From the NCBI GenBank assembly GCA_018398765.1, contig JAHBMJ010000207.1:1-54086 (forward strand): 54,086 bases of DNA. Direction: 5' to 3'. The stretch is from Chromera velia (lineage: Eukaryota). The translations under genes were made by a program, and so were the position numbers. Of this stretch, positions 25,656 to 37,983 are shown in pieces. How positions within the stretch are numbered: position 1 is the stretch's first letter; the number at the start of each line of letters is the position of its first letter. Below the pieces are notes generated by a model. That model saw nothing but the letters and a program-made list of their open reading frames with translations. It searched no databases and was not told the origin of the DNA.

Positions 25656-27779
25656 TCAATGAGGAAGGGAAGAGACCTGCTTGCACTCCTGACACCGTCG
25701 ACGCTCTCTTCGATGAACACAGAAGCCCCCCCCTCCGCAGTCCTTGCAGTAGTAGCGCTCCCGACCGTGCTCACAAATACTCTTCCCTCCGCACTCCTTG
25801 CACTGAGAGTGCCTGCGACCGTGCTCGCAGATGCTTTTCCCTCCACACTCCTTGCATCGACAGCGCTGTCGGCCATGCTCGCATATGCTCGTCCCTCCAC
25901 AATCCTTACACTGATGTCGCTGCCTGCCGTGCTCACAAATACTCTTCCCACCACATTCGTTGCACTTAGAGCGCTCCCGGCCGTGCTCACAAATACTCTT
26001 CCCCCCACACTCCTTGCACTGACAGCGCCGTCGGCCGTGCTCACAAATGCTCCCCCCTCCGCACTCCTTGCACTGACTGCGAATGCGACCGTGCTCACAA
26101 ACACTCTTCCCTCCGCAGTCCTTGCATCGACAGCGCTGTCGGCCATGCTCGCATATGCTCGTCCCTCCACAATCCTTACACTGATGTCGCTGCCTGCCGT
26201 GCTCACAAATCCTCTCCCCGCCACATTCGTTGCACTTAGAGCGCTCCCGGCCGTGCTCACAAATACTCTTCCCCCCACACTCCTTGCACTGACAGCGCCG
26301 TCGGCCGTGCTCACAAATGCTCCCCCCTCCGCACTCCTTGCACTGAGAGCGCTTCCGACCGTGCTCACATACGCTCTTCCCTCCGCACTCTTTGCACTCA
26401 GAGCGCTGCCGACCGTGCTCACACACGCTCTTCCCTCCGCACTCTTTGCATTGAGAGCGCCTGCGACCGTGTTCACAGATGCTTTTTCCTCCACACTCTT
26501 TGCATTGAGAGCGCCTGCGACCGTGTTCACAGATGCTTTTTCCTCCACACTCTTTGCATTCAGAGCGCCTGCGACCGTGCTCACAGATGCTCTTCCCACC
26601 ACAATCCTTGCACCTGCAGCGAACCCGTCCATGCAAGCAGAGAATCTTGCCATGCCGGTTTCTCTTCACCTCTCCTCCCTCTTCCCCTCGACGATCATTC
26701 TCAGACACGACCACTTTCCATCCAGCGATCGGACCACCCCTCCCTCTACACATCTCAGAAGAGAGAAGGGCGGAGTCCGAAAGAGAAACAGTCAACCGAC
26801 GCTGCTTCTCTCCCCCCATGCAACCCGTCCCCCTCCCCTCCCTCCCCTTTCCCCACAACCCACCCCCCCTCCTCTCACCGGGACAGCCAGACACCTCATC
26901 ACACTCGTCAGCCTCTACCTGAGCGAGGTCACTCCCTGAGCGACGACGCTTCACGCCAAATGTTGAGCCGTCCGCATGCCGTCGCTCCTCTTTCTCCACT
27001 TTGGTGGATGGGAGAGGGGGGCGTTGAAGAACTTTTTGCTCTGAGGAAGTGGCACGGGAGACAGCCGACTGGATGTTTGAGGTGTCATGACTATCTGAAT
27101 AATCGATTGGTTTTACGATTCTGGAATTCGTTTGGGTCCTCCCCTCTGAGGAATGCGGACACGCAATCTGTGACGGGCGGGCAGACAGGTCATCATGCTC
27201 ATATTCTCTGCGTGGGTTTTCCGTCTGTCTATTCGTGGGCTGAGGGAGAAGAGCGAGCTGCACACTCTCAGGGACCCCCCATTCCACCGAAATTCCAACC
27301 ATCTCTGCCTGCTGCTCTCCTCCCCTCTCTGCACCGACATGGATTGTGTTGACACCCCTCTTTCCGACCGAAGAGCGGTCAGAAAGAGGAGGCGCACTAA
27401 CGAGACGCACGATACGGAAGTCTCCCCCCCTCAGCGGCTCAAGACACATGAGGTTGCCAGGGTCAGAAACCTTAACCTCTTCGCCATCGTTTGGAATCGC
27501 AAGCAGTCGAAACTTCAACTCTGACACCCCCATCCCCCCACCCTCTCCCCCCGCCCCCACCCCATTCACGAAATCTCCAGAGACACCCATAGGGGACTCT
27601 AGGAGATTCACCTCCACCTCACTCGACACCCACCACGGACGCCCACACGGTGCAGGGGCGAGAGACAACGCACCACCCAATTCCCACCCACCCAGCTCAG
27701 GACATTCTCCCACCACGACGACTCGTTGATTCTCTCGCACCTCCGGGCAATGTGCAATAAAGGCGATGAACCCCTTCAT
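25656..27779 (-). CDS. CBM20 (starch-binding) domain protein with 18 tandem 18-aa Cys/His zinc-binding repeats
   Basis: Intact 707-aa ORF. The N-terminus 'ENQRVVVVGECPELGGWELGGALSL...RPWW' fits CBM20. NLS-like 'VKRRRS'. The C-terminus is (CEHGRxRxxCKECGGKSI) x18. Confidence 0.88.
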   Translation of the reverse strand: MKGFIAFIAHCPEVRENQRVVVVGECPELGGWELGGALSLAPAPCGRPWWVSSEVEVNLLESPMGVSGDFVNGVGAGGEGGGMGVSELKFRLLAIPNDGEEVKVSDPGNLMCLEPLRGGDFRIVRLVSAPPLSDRSSVGKRGVNTIHVGAERGGEQQAEMVGISVEWGVPESVQLALLPQPTNRQTENPRREYEHDDLSARPSQIACPHSSEGRTQTNSRIVKPIDYSDSHDTSNIQSAVSRATSSEQKVLQRPPLPSTKVEKEERRHADGSTFGVKRRRSGSDLAQVEADECDEVSGCPGERRGGGLWGKGREGRGTGCMGGEKQRRLTVSLSDSALLSSEMCRGRGGPIAGWKVVVSENDRRGEEGGEVKRNRHGKILCLHGRVRCRCKDCGGKSICEHGRRRSECKECGGKSICEHGRRRSQCKECGGKSICEHGRRRSQCKECGGKSVCEHGRQRSECKECGGKSVCEHGRKRSQCKECGGGSICEHGRRRCQCKECGGKSICEHGRERSKCNECGGERICEHGRQRHQCKDCGGTSICEHGRQRCRCKDCGGKSVCEHGRIRSQCKECGGGSICEHGRRRCQCKECGGKSICEHGRERSKCNECGGKSICEHGRQRHQCKDCGGTSICEHGRQRCRCKECGGKSICEHGRRHSQCKECGGKSICEHGRERYYCKDCGGGGFCVHRRERRRCQECKQVSSLPH

Positions 27780-29261
27780 CGTACCAATGCAGACAGGTAG
27801 ACGGTTTTCCTATCAGGAAATGAGTGTCAAGAAGGAACAAGGCTTCCTGCGGCCTCGTTTGATTTGACGATCAGCTGCACAGGTTCGCAGACTCACAAGC
27901 TTGAGAAAGCCTTATACGCAATCAAAACAGTTGCAAAGAAGGAAAATTATGAAATTCATGCCAAAGGATAGAGCAGGAGAGAACAGACTCACCAGGGGTG
28001 CCTCGATCAAATTCAACCCGAAGGAAGGCGACAGCCCGATCACCGACTGTTGGCAGCAGGACAAGCAGATGGACCGACGACAAAAAATGTCAGACTTCTG
28101 ACTCTCTTCTATGTACTCGATCTAGAATAAAGCACGAGGAATCATGCACCGTCGCAGGAAGTGTCGATAGACGTATGGCCAAAGCAGTTTGCGATCGATC
28201 TGCCGGCCTGCTGTCTCGCCGTCTGACGGTGCTCAATTCTCAGTCTGAATCTCAGACGGTCTCTCTGATTCTTTGTGCTTCGAAATGATTCTTCAAGGAA
28301 CCACTCACGACTCCTTCGAGATCGATCTGCGGCATGGAACCGGACTCTGATTGTACTTTGATCCGAGGATTGTTGGAAGATGTTATATATATATGTAATT
28401 GGAAGACAGAAAAGCCAGGATTCAATTGTAAGCCTGGAAGCCATATATATATATATATATATATATAGGTCAAACGATGTCAAACGGACGTACCATGGAC
28501 GTACCGTATAACGTTGAATCCGCGGGCCGCGCGATATTTCGCGATGCCATTGCAAGCCGTCTCTGTTGTCGGAGATTGTTGGAGGTCTCTGCTTGAAACT
28601 GAAGTTGTGCGATGTTGTGCGAGAGTTTGATAATTGAGTTCCTGTCTGAAGGAGTTTGCTTCATTGTTGAGCAGGTTCAAGCAGTCAGACTGGATTGCTT
28701 GCGAGAGCCTTGTGCAGAAAGACCAAGCAAGGCAGCTTCAATGGATGGCTTGAACGCCTTGTTCTTTCTTCGTAACACTTGCAGACTTCGTTCCATGCAC
28801 TCCTTTGCGATCCGTGGCTTTCTCGTTGATTGAAGTTTTCGAGAAACGGGCCTTTGATCTCTACGGTCCAGAACATCGAATTGCTTTTAGAGCTCTTGCA
28901 TGATCAGTCCCTGTCTGCCTGCCATCGATTGAACGGGAGATCGAAGACGGTCACTTGTGCGCGAGTGGATCGCTCAGCTGCTCTTCGCCTTCATCCGCTT
29001 CTGGTACGGCCGTCTTGAGGTCTTTTGTTGTGTGTCCCTTGTGACACGCTCAATTGTCGTCCACTCAAACGGATCAAATCAAGTCAGTAAGAAACTTTGA
29101 GGGAGACGCGCGCAATGACTTTGTTGCTCGAGCTCTGCGTTGTAACGTTCACTCTTTGTCACAGGAAGGTTGATGCAGATGCGCGATTCGACTTGTTTGT
29201 TGATGTGCGCGCAGATATCACTTTTGTGTTTGCCCTACAACGGATCTGATTCACTGTCAAG

Positions 29262-31254
29262 ATGATAGAGGCGGAGACGGGCGTTGTGCTTTTTGCTTGT
29301 TCGGGAGTGGAGCCTCGGGAGGGACAGACGCTGGTGGTTGTCGGGAGCAGCTCTGAGCTCGGAGGGTGGGATGCGAGTCGCGGTATCACCCTCCATCGAG
29401 TGAAGAACCCTGCCTTCCCAGGTGTGTGGATGTCCTTTCCGATGTGTCACAGTGCGTGCTCTGAAGTCCGATTTCAGTTTGCCCTTGTTGGACCAGTTGC
29501 CGACACTCTTCAATCAATGACGTCTGACAACGGTGGATTGGTGGTAGACGGTGTCAAAACGTCTTCTGCCGTCTCCTCAGCCCTCTCAGCAGCCCCTATA
29601 GACGGTCGAAATCAGGACTGTTGTGGGTGCGTGTGTGAGCCTTTGGGGTGTGGGCCGCGGGAAGTGGAGGTCGTCGGTGGTGGGCATGCGTTGTTTGGTG
29701 GGCGTTGGGGAAATGGGGAGACACGGGTGACTCCGTTGAGATTGGAAGACATGGTGTTAGCGCAGCAGCAACTCGAACAGGAATATCCTGCCTCTGTCTC
29801 TTCAGAGTTGGACAGTGAGAGAGACAGGGAGGGGGGCAGGGGGGAAATTAGGAGGGAGGGAAACTTTGGGGGTCCGGCTGCAGACGACCTGATAGTCGAT
29901 GAGACCTCCCTCTCTGCTGCCTCAGTTGTCCGTTCAGTGACTGGACAATCTCAAACTGCCTTCACCCCTCGCAGAAGCACAGTGACAGAACGGCAGGGTG
30001 GTTGCGTGGGAGTCGCTTCTGCTGACTTTCCTTCGCGCAGCAGCGTCTCTGATTCCCGATATCCATATCCTCCTGCGGTAAAGGGGGGGAGAATGGGGCA
30101 CAAGAAATTTGATGACGATGCCATTGAGGCTGCTGCCTTTTCGTCTGACAGCGTGAACGGAGAGAGGGAATGGGGTGGACAGAGAGGGGTGGGTTTGTGG
30201 AGAGGGCAGACTGAAGAGGAGAGTGTGAGCGATCTGACGGGTTTTGGTCAGTCAGTTACCGGAGAGCACTCATCAGAGGGGCAGTGGGGCTCTTCCGTGT
30301 GTGAGGGTCCGAAGCGCCGCCGTCTCTCTTCTGTTTCCATTGCCGTCCCCGAATCTGACGCAGAGAGGAGAGGGGGTGAAGAGGGGAATCCGATGTTGAC
30401 AGAGAGAAATGTTGTTGCGTATCCGTTTGCGTCAGTCCCTCTGCAGGACTGCTCCTCTCCTCACTACAGCCGTCCCTCATGTGCCACGGCCATTCACTCC
30501 TTCGGACTGCAGAATGGAGGCATTTCATGTCAACAGAAGGCGGTCTGTGGTTATCCCGAAGAGGGGGGAATGGAAAGGAGGATGGCAAAGGAGGGAGGGA
30601 AGGGACTCTCAGAGCAAGGAAGGGTGACCAAGCAGGTTCATCCTCCGAGACTCTCCGGTGTAGAATGCAACAGTGGCTGCGTTGGGGTGAAGAGGGGAGA
30701 GAAAAAGAGAGAGCACACAGGAGAGGTCAAGAGAAACCGACACGGCAATATTCTTTGTCCTCACCACCGGAAGCGAAATCTATGCAAAGAGTGCGGAGCG
30801 AAGAGCATCTGCGAGCACGGCCGCATTCGCTCTCGGTGCAAGGAATGTGGTGGGAAGAGCGTATGTGAGCACAGCCGAAGGAGATATGAATGCAAAGAGT
30901 GCGGAGGGAAGAGCTTCTGCGAGCACGGCCGCATTCGCTATCAGTGCAAAGAGTGCGGAGGGAAGAGCATCTGCGAGCACGGCCGCATTCGCTATCAGTG
31001 CAAGGAATGTGGGGGAAAGGGTATCTGTGAGCACGGTCGCAGGCGCTCTCAGTGCAAAGAGTGCAGATGGAAGAGCATCTGCGAGCACGGCCGACAGCGC
31101 TACTTCTGCAAGGACTGTGGAGGGGCAGGGCATTTGTGAGCATGGCCGACAGCGCTACCTCTGCAAGGACTGTGGAGGGAGGGGCATCTGTGTTCACGGA
31201 AAGGACTACCGATGCTGCCACGTTTGCAAGCAGATCTCTTTTTTCCCTCCATGA
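29262..31254 (+). CDS. Paralogous CBM20 + Cys/His repeat protein, 9 repeats, with a +1 frameshift near 31128 (truncated at 31139 as assembled)
   Basis: 'EGQTLVVVGSSSELGGWDASRGITL...PGVW' fits CBM20. NLS-like 'PKRRRLS'. Entry motif 'EVKRNRHGNILC' is shared with the paralog. One extra base in GGAGGGGCAGGGCATTTGTGAG shifts the last two repeats, which end 'CHVCKQISFFPP*' at 31254. Confidence 0.82.
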
Positions 31255-31883
31255 TCGATTTCCTTCCTTCTTCTTTTTCTTCTCTTCTCCTTTCGCTGTT
31301 CGCCAACAGTGTCTTCGTTCTTTGCTTGTTAGAGCCAAAAAAGTCATGTGAACATTGTACGTCAATTTTGGGGGGGGGGTCGGGGGATAGGAAGATGCTC
31401 GGTCAGACGGGATTGAGGAGAGCCCGTCGGGAGTGTGGATGCCTTTGGGTGGACTTTTGTGTCTCTCATGCAGAGGCAATTAACCAACCGCAGTGGTTGC
31501 TCGGGGAGAAGGGGCTCTCCGATCAGGTAGTTGTAAAATCCTTCTCTTCGTCTAGCTCTTCCGTTTTTTCTTTCTTCATTGCACGTGCGCTTGTGGATCG
31601 TCTGTATTGTGTCATTGCATGTGCACTTGCTTCACCCGCTTTGACCCGAACATAGCAGGGCAACTTCTCTCACTTTTTTGCCCCTTCCCTCCCCTCCCTC
31701 CTTCCCTTCCTTATCAAGTCTGCACATCTATTAATACATCTCTGTGTCTGTGCGATCTTAGTGGAGACCTCTGTGGCAGCCTGGGGACAAAGTGGGTGGA
31801 TCGTTTAGAGAGACAACCACCATCAGCGAGACATTCATCACATCGAATGGATCACTCTCTGTCTGTCTGTCTCTGTCTCTCTC

Positions 31884-31921
<38 letters not shown>

Positions 31922-31950
31922 TCACACACTCTCTCACACACACACGCACG

Positions 31951-31986
<36 letters not shown>

Positions 31987-32010
31987 GCATACATACTGAC
32001 GGACTTGCAT

Positions 32011-32048
<38 letters not shown>

Positions 32049-32508
32049 AAAAGAAAAAGAAAGAGAGCTGCAGCTGCCAGTCTCTGTCTCTTTCGCGAAT
32101 ACTGAGAGAGACTCACATAGGGCCTGGCACAGTGAATGAACGGGCGGGTGTGAGTGCCTTGTTGAAACATAAATGACCGGTTGATCTGCTTGTGGATTGG
32201 TCAGCGGTTGCTTCAGAAGTGTCCGAAGATTCAGTCTATCATAGTCTATCCTGCAGTCTGACCTGTCGTGTCAACTGATTGCACATGCATGAGTCTCGTC
32301 TAGACCAGATTGCATGTCCAAACGATCGTGTCCAGATTTTGTCTGCCCGAACTACTAGCTATCTTTTCTTGTATTCTTCATTACATTGGAATCCTGATTC
32401 ATAATATATAAACAACTCAGAACTGTCACTATCCGATAATATATTTAATCAGATATGAATTTTATAATATAGTAGCTAGCTTTCACCAACTGCAACTTAA
32501 GTCTAGAC

Positions 32509-32929
32509 TAAGGCTGAGAAAAGATGCATAAGGTGCTGGTGCTGGTGCAAAAACAAGTTTGCAGCTTAAATCAGGTGCAAAATAAGGTGCACCGTTTACT
32601 ATATGACAGCTAGGTTTCTACGGTTGATTCCTAGTGTTTTTAGCGGCTAAAAGGCACCTCATTCAAGGCCTAAAAGCTTTTTATGATGTAGAGTAGCTAC
32701 ATAAACTTTTAACTTTTACTGTGTAAAACAACATAAAATATCACTAGAAATGTCAGTGAAAAGACGAAAAGAAAAAAAAAATCTTGCATGCAATTAAAGA
32801 CTATATGTCTCTGACTATATCATGACTTCGGTCTCTTTCTGGGTCTCCTTTTTTCAGGTGTAAAACAGGTGTATCTGGTGCAACTGTCTGGTTTACACCT
32901 TTTCTGAGGTGCACCTTTTCTAAGCCCTA
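32509..32929. mobile_element. Non-autonomous hAT-type MITE, 421 bp
   Basis: Perfect 8-bp TSD GTCTAGAC at 32501-32508 and 32930-32937. Imperfect TIRs TAAGGCTGAGAAAAGATGCA / TGCACCTTTTCTAAGCCCTA. Repeated subterminal (A)GGTG(C/T)A motifs. Confidence 0.85.
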
Positions 32930-33875
32930 GTCTAGACCTAGCTTGAACTAGAGCTTGAAAAAGAGTCATGGTATATATAGATTATATAATGGAAGCTATA
33001 GTTACACATAATTGGATTACTAGTTGGATTAAACTGATTTAAATATCTTTTTTAATCTAAAAGAAGAGTCTTTCTATTAATTGACTAGTTAATTGAATCT
33101 ATTTTTGTCTAGATTTCTGTTAAAGATCAAAAACAGTTCTAGAGAGAAACAATGTTTTAGCCTCCTATAAGCCGCTCCCTTTTACAGACTATGTTATCTA
33201 ACAATTTGAAGTTGAATCTAGAGCTGAATAAAAAAATTTCAACTTCAAGTTGGACTTGCGGAAACTAAACAACTTAAAAAAAAAACTGAACAGAATCTAA
33301 TTCAATTTATGATAAACAGTTGTATCATGCACAAACTGTATGATTTAAACTGATTTAACAAAATCTGTATGTTTTAAAGCAAGCTAGTTAATCAATCAAG
33401 ACATAAACTTAGCTTAAAAGCTAGATACTAAAAGGATCAACTAAAATTTTGAAATTGAAACTAGATAGAAGTACCAATCTTAATTATAGAATTAACCTAG
33501 CTAAGAATCAACCAATTAAATCACTGAGCTAAGCATCGGGTTTTAACTTGAAACAAAATATCCACATTGAAACCTTTTATTTTTTTATTTTTTTTTCTTT
33601 CTCAATTAAATGACTGCTTAAGTTCTTTGACTGTTGCACTGTAACTTCAAGTTGCAGAAGTGTTATTCCTGCATATGTTGAACAACTGTTGTTAATTAAG
33701 CAAAAAAGAAAGAAAAAAATCTTTTTCCGATTGTTTTTTTTTTTCTGTAGCTGACGCTTCCAGTCACGATGGCATTTATTCGAAGTAAAATGAAATTTTG
33801 CGTAACAATGCGTATAGATGAATACATAAATGACATTAACTATTGGACATGACTGGCAATTCCAAAGTTAAAACT

Positions 33876-36800
33876 TTATTTGTCTTCTGCAATCATGCGT
33901 CGTACCTCTAACGCTGTGAGTTCAAACAGCCAATCATCTTTGTCTTTCTTTGTTGCTTTCCTTTCACAACACAGACGAGACGCAGCTTCAGGCGCTTTAG
34001 TCTCGCTTTGCCATTGGTACCCGAAGACTGACTGTCTTGCATGATCGCTTTGCCCGATGGGATAGCTATTTGGTTTCTCGTTGTTCTGAAATCGGGAGTC
34101 ATCTTTGTCGGCCATGTTGGTAAGCAAAAAACGAGGACGATTGAGAGGCAACAAACTGGACACCCAGCCCGATTGCCGATCTCGTTCACTTGTTTGAGGC
34201 AAACTCGGCAATCTGTTGTTCGAATTTCCTTCGGGTGCTCCTGCTTGAGAAGGCGAGGGGGCCGCACGGGCGGTGTGGCATGTTGAGGGGCGCTTTGATC
34301 CCAACTCCGTGTTTGCATCTGTATCAGGATGCTGTGTAGCGACGGTGAAGGAAAGGAAATGTCGTCGGAGAACAGAAGAGGACATGAGGGAAATGCGGGA
34401 AGGCGAAAGAGCACTCCGACAGCCGGGGGCATCCAGAGGAACGTCGTCGTCAATTTCGAACGTTCCTTCTTCATCGACTGTCTCCTCTCTCTTTTTTTCT
34501 CTCGTTTCATCTTGCTGCCTCTTCATTTGCTCCCTTTCCTCCCATGCGCATCTCTTTGGGGGGCCCAAAGGTTCCTTCTGCTCACTGTACAGACTCTCCT
34601 CAGACGGAAAGTGTTGTGAGGACCGTAAACGATCCTGCCAGTGCGTCTGTGGGCACGTATTTTCTCTTTTTGAGGAAGTCTGCGCTGTGTCAGGGTACTC
34701 TAACGATGCCTCTTCATCCTGTGCTCTCTCTACACTTTTGTCCAGAGTCTCAGACGGTGCACTTTCTTTCTCAAATGCGCGCCGAACAACTGCAGACACA
34801 CCAGCAATGCGGGAACCCCCTCTCCTTTCCGGATCCCTCTCTGCAGAAACCCCACCGAGAGAGGTCTTCCGAACACCCACACCCACACCGACACTCTCAC
34901 TCACAGGGCTGCAAATGCGGTCAGCGTGATCAAAACAAGTCCAGCCAGCAGAGGAAGGAGGGGCTGAAGGGAAAGCAGACCCTCTCTCTCCTTCTCCTGC
35001 AGCTTCGCACAGCCTGACTCCTTCTCTTTGTGTGTCTCTCTCAGCAGCGCATTTGCCCTGCTGTCTCTGGAAAGTACATGATCCTGTGAGGACCTGCGGA
35101 GAAATGGTCTTTGACTGTAAAGAGGCAGCCTCATACAAATGCTTCTGTGCATGGTTTGCTCTCATCTGATTCGTCTCTTCCCTCGTGTATGTTTGTTTCC
35201 CGCTCTCGCTTCTTTCTTCGTTTTCTTCACGGAGAGATGCCGCTTCCCTCCTTTCATTTCCATAATCGCCCTCAGGAGATACAACTACACTGCAACTCTT
35301 CTTATCATTCTGACTGTTCTGCTTCTTGTTCTCTTCTTTCTCGAGAAGCACCGACGAATTCTGTATTCCTGGAGGACATCCTGGGGGGTTCGTCCAGTGA
35401 CTTCTGCTGCCATCATCCAAAGATTGAAGATTCAACCCCCTCTGGGTCGCAACGCTTGTCTCGACCCGCTCCTTAGGATTCTGGGAAGTTGTCAGACAAA
35501 GCGATTGATGCAGAGTGTGAGTGCTACTTCCCTTCTCCCATGCATACCCACGACCAACATGCTGAGCTTCTCTGTCTCTGCTGAATCTTTCGAGGACCCG
35601 GTCGAGCTCATCAACTGCCTCGAAACTGCATTCCCCATGCTTTGCCCCCTTTCCTTCTCCCTCTTGAGCACCTCCCTGTCTGGCAGTCTGATTGAAAAAA
35701 AGAATGCAGTCTCCTTTGCGATTCTGCAGGGGGGGGGGGAGGGGAGAGGATCCCCTGGGGGGGGAAGAGGAAGAACAAGGGAGGGGGGGTAGAGGCAAAG
35801 AGCTGCAGGGAGACCCAGCGGCAGGAACTCCCAGACGCCCCCTCAAATCTCCTGACGGTGTTTCAAAGACGGGGGTCGACCCCTGCAGATCCCCAAACGT
35901 CTCGATGAAATCTGCCCGTTCGTCCACTAACGGCAGCCTGTTTTGATGCCCTCTCTCCCTCTCCTTCTCCCTCTCCCACGTCCTCTGGTTGTGATTGTCC
36001 GTCGAGCAGCCGGGCTCTGCGACTCGAACCGGGTGGACGCCCTGGTCAAGGACAGGCGGTTGAAGATGGAGCCTGCACTTGCGTGTGCAGCAACTAGAGG
36101 GAGGACTGAGAGTTGAAGAAGGAAAGTGAGTGGGGGAAAGGAGAGACGAGGGGAGAGGGAGGGATAGATGAGGCGAATGGTGTTCCTTGAGGATGTTGTT
36201 CTGTTCTCGTGTGACCGAGATATGTTCTCCAGGCTTATGCAAACTTCTGCTACGAGGGTCCGTAACTTTCTCTTTTTCTTTCGCCACTGAGCCCTCTCTC
36301 TGTTCCCGGTCACCCCCCTTCCACTTGCAAGAAGTCAAATCAAATCGGGTACAGTTTTCTCTCTCTTCAGACTCCGCTGAGAGGACCCCTCTTTGTGCCG
36401 AAGTAGAGGGAGTGAGCGTCGCAGACAAAGACGCCGGAGGAGACAGCAGAGAGACGGGTGACGTCAATTGACAGCTTGTGATTCCACGTACCTCCCCTTC
36501 TGTTTTTGCTTTGGCTTGAGTAGGAACTGCAGTAGACTTTCCGTCAGAGACAAGCGGATGGCTTGAATGGTCATATGAAGGGACGCACTCCCTAGCAGAC
36601 GGAAACAGATCACACCCCCACCTTTCCCTTTCCCTTTCCCTTTCCGCCCATCTTCCCCGAGTTTCCCTTTCCCCGTTTTCTTCCCTTTCCCTTTCCCTCT
36701 CCCTTTCACATTCTAAAAAACCTCTTTCCCTCTCATCTCTCCTTCCTGTTTGTACCTCCGTGTGGGAATTTATTGTCTCCCCCAACTGTATCGGATATCT

Positions 36801-37636
36801 GACACGGCCATTCTCGACTTCGTGTTGCAGAGACTTCTGCTGATTTGTCCGGGACATTGGGAAAAAGCCCTCGGAGTGACCCTGCCCCCCCACACAAAAA
36901 CTCCCCAGAGAGCTCCTAGAACGAGACTCCCACGATTGCACAGAGCTCTGAGGGATAAGTGCAGCTCCTTTTTCTCCATTCTTTGCTTGTTTGTAGCACC
37001 CCTGGCTGACTGCCGGGGGTCTCGCTGCGGTCTCTCTTCCTCGGTGGGAATTTATTTGTTCTTCTTCGAGAGAGCCTTGATATTCTGTGGGGTGCAAGCC
37101 TTCTCCCGCTCTTGAGGGGTGGACAGCGGGGGAGGGATTGCCGTCTTGCGGGTTTTTTTGGTTGGTTTTTGCTGACAAAAAACTTCCTTTGAGGCCCTTT
37201 GCATCGGATGGAGACGCACACTGCTGATTGTTGTTCTGAGGGATCCCCTTCAAATTGTAAAGAGGAGGCTGCAAGAAGGAGAGGTCCCCCCCGAGAGCTT
37301 TCAGGTGGGAGAGTGCGACCTCCAGGCTTTTCTCCAGATGGCCTTTCTCTTCTTGGAGAGTGCCCACTGTGGCGGACAAGTGGGCGCAATGCTGCACATA
37401 CACACACATTTCACAGTAGATATATACACACATACATGTGTTAATATATATACATACCGACACACACACAAACAGACTATATGTTTCTTCTTCTCCCTCC
37501 TTTTCTTCATGTGCACAACAAACAAAAAGAAAGACCGAACAAACACAAAAGAACAGAAGGAACAATATGTATACGGACTATATGTATATGTTTCAGACAG
37601 ACAGACAGACAGACTGACCCACACACACACACACAT

Positions 37637-37731
<95 letters not shown>

Positions 37732-37983
37732 CTGACAGTCCACACGATTGCGAAGGAACACAACAGCATGCTCACGGAACGTCTCCGGCCCGCATGCTTC
37801 AGAAAAAGTGCATGGAAACAGAAGGGAAGTGTTCATGTGAGGGAAGTATGCATGTGTGGTAGGAGATACAGAACTTACCTGGAGAAGACCAGAACGCTCT
37901 TCATCGATAACTCTTGCTCCCTCACTGTCAACCCTCTGTCCGCTGCCTTCGTGTCGGCATTTGTCAAAAAATCCGTGGTTCAT
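33876..37983 (-). CDS. Large, mostly disordered protein with N-terminal coiled coil; exons 37983-37879 and 37391-33876 (further 5' exons possible)
   Basis: A 3.5-kb open exon. CAG|GTAAGT donor at 37879/37878 and CAG acceptor before 37391 join in phase 0 to give 'VIDEERSGLLQ|HCAHLSATVGTLQEEKGHLEKSLEVALSHLK'. No recognisable domain. Confidence 0.7.

Noticed and set aside
25472..26939. 456-aa plus-strand and 393-aa alternate-frame repeat ORFs
   Set aside because: Shadows of the 54-bp zinc-repeat coding sequence.
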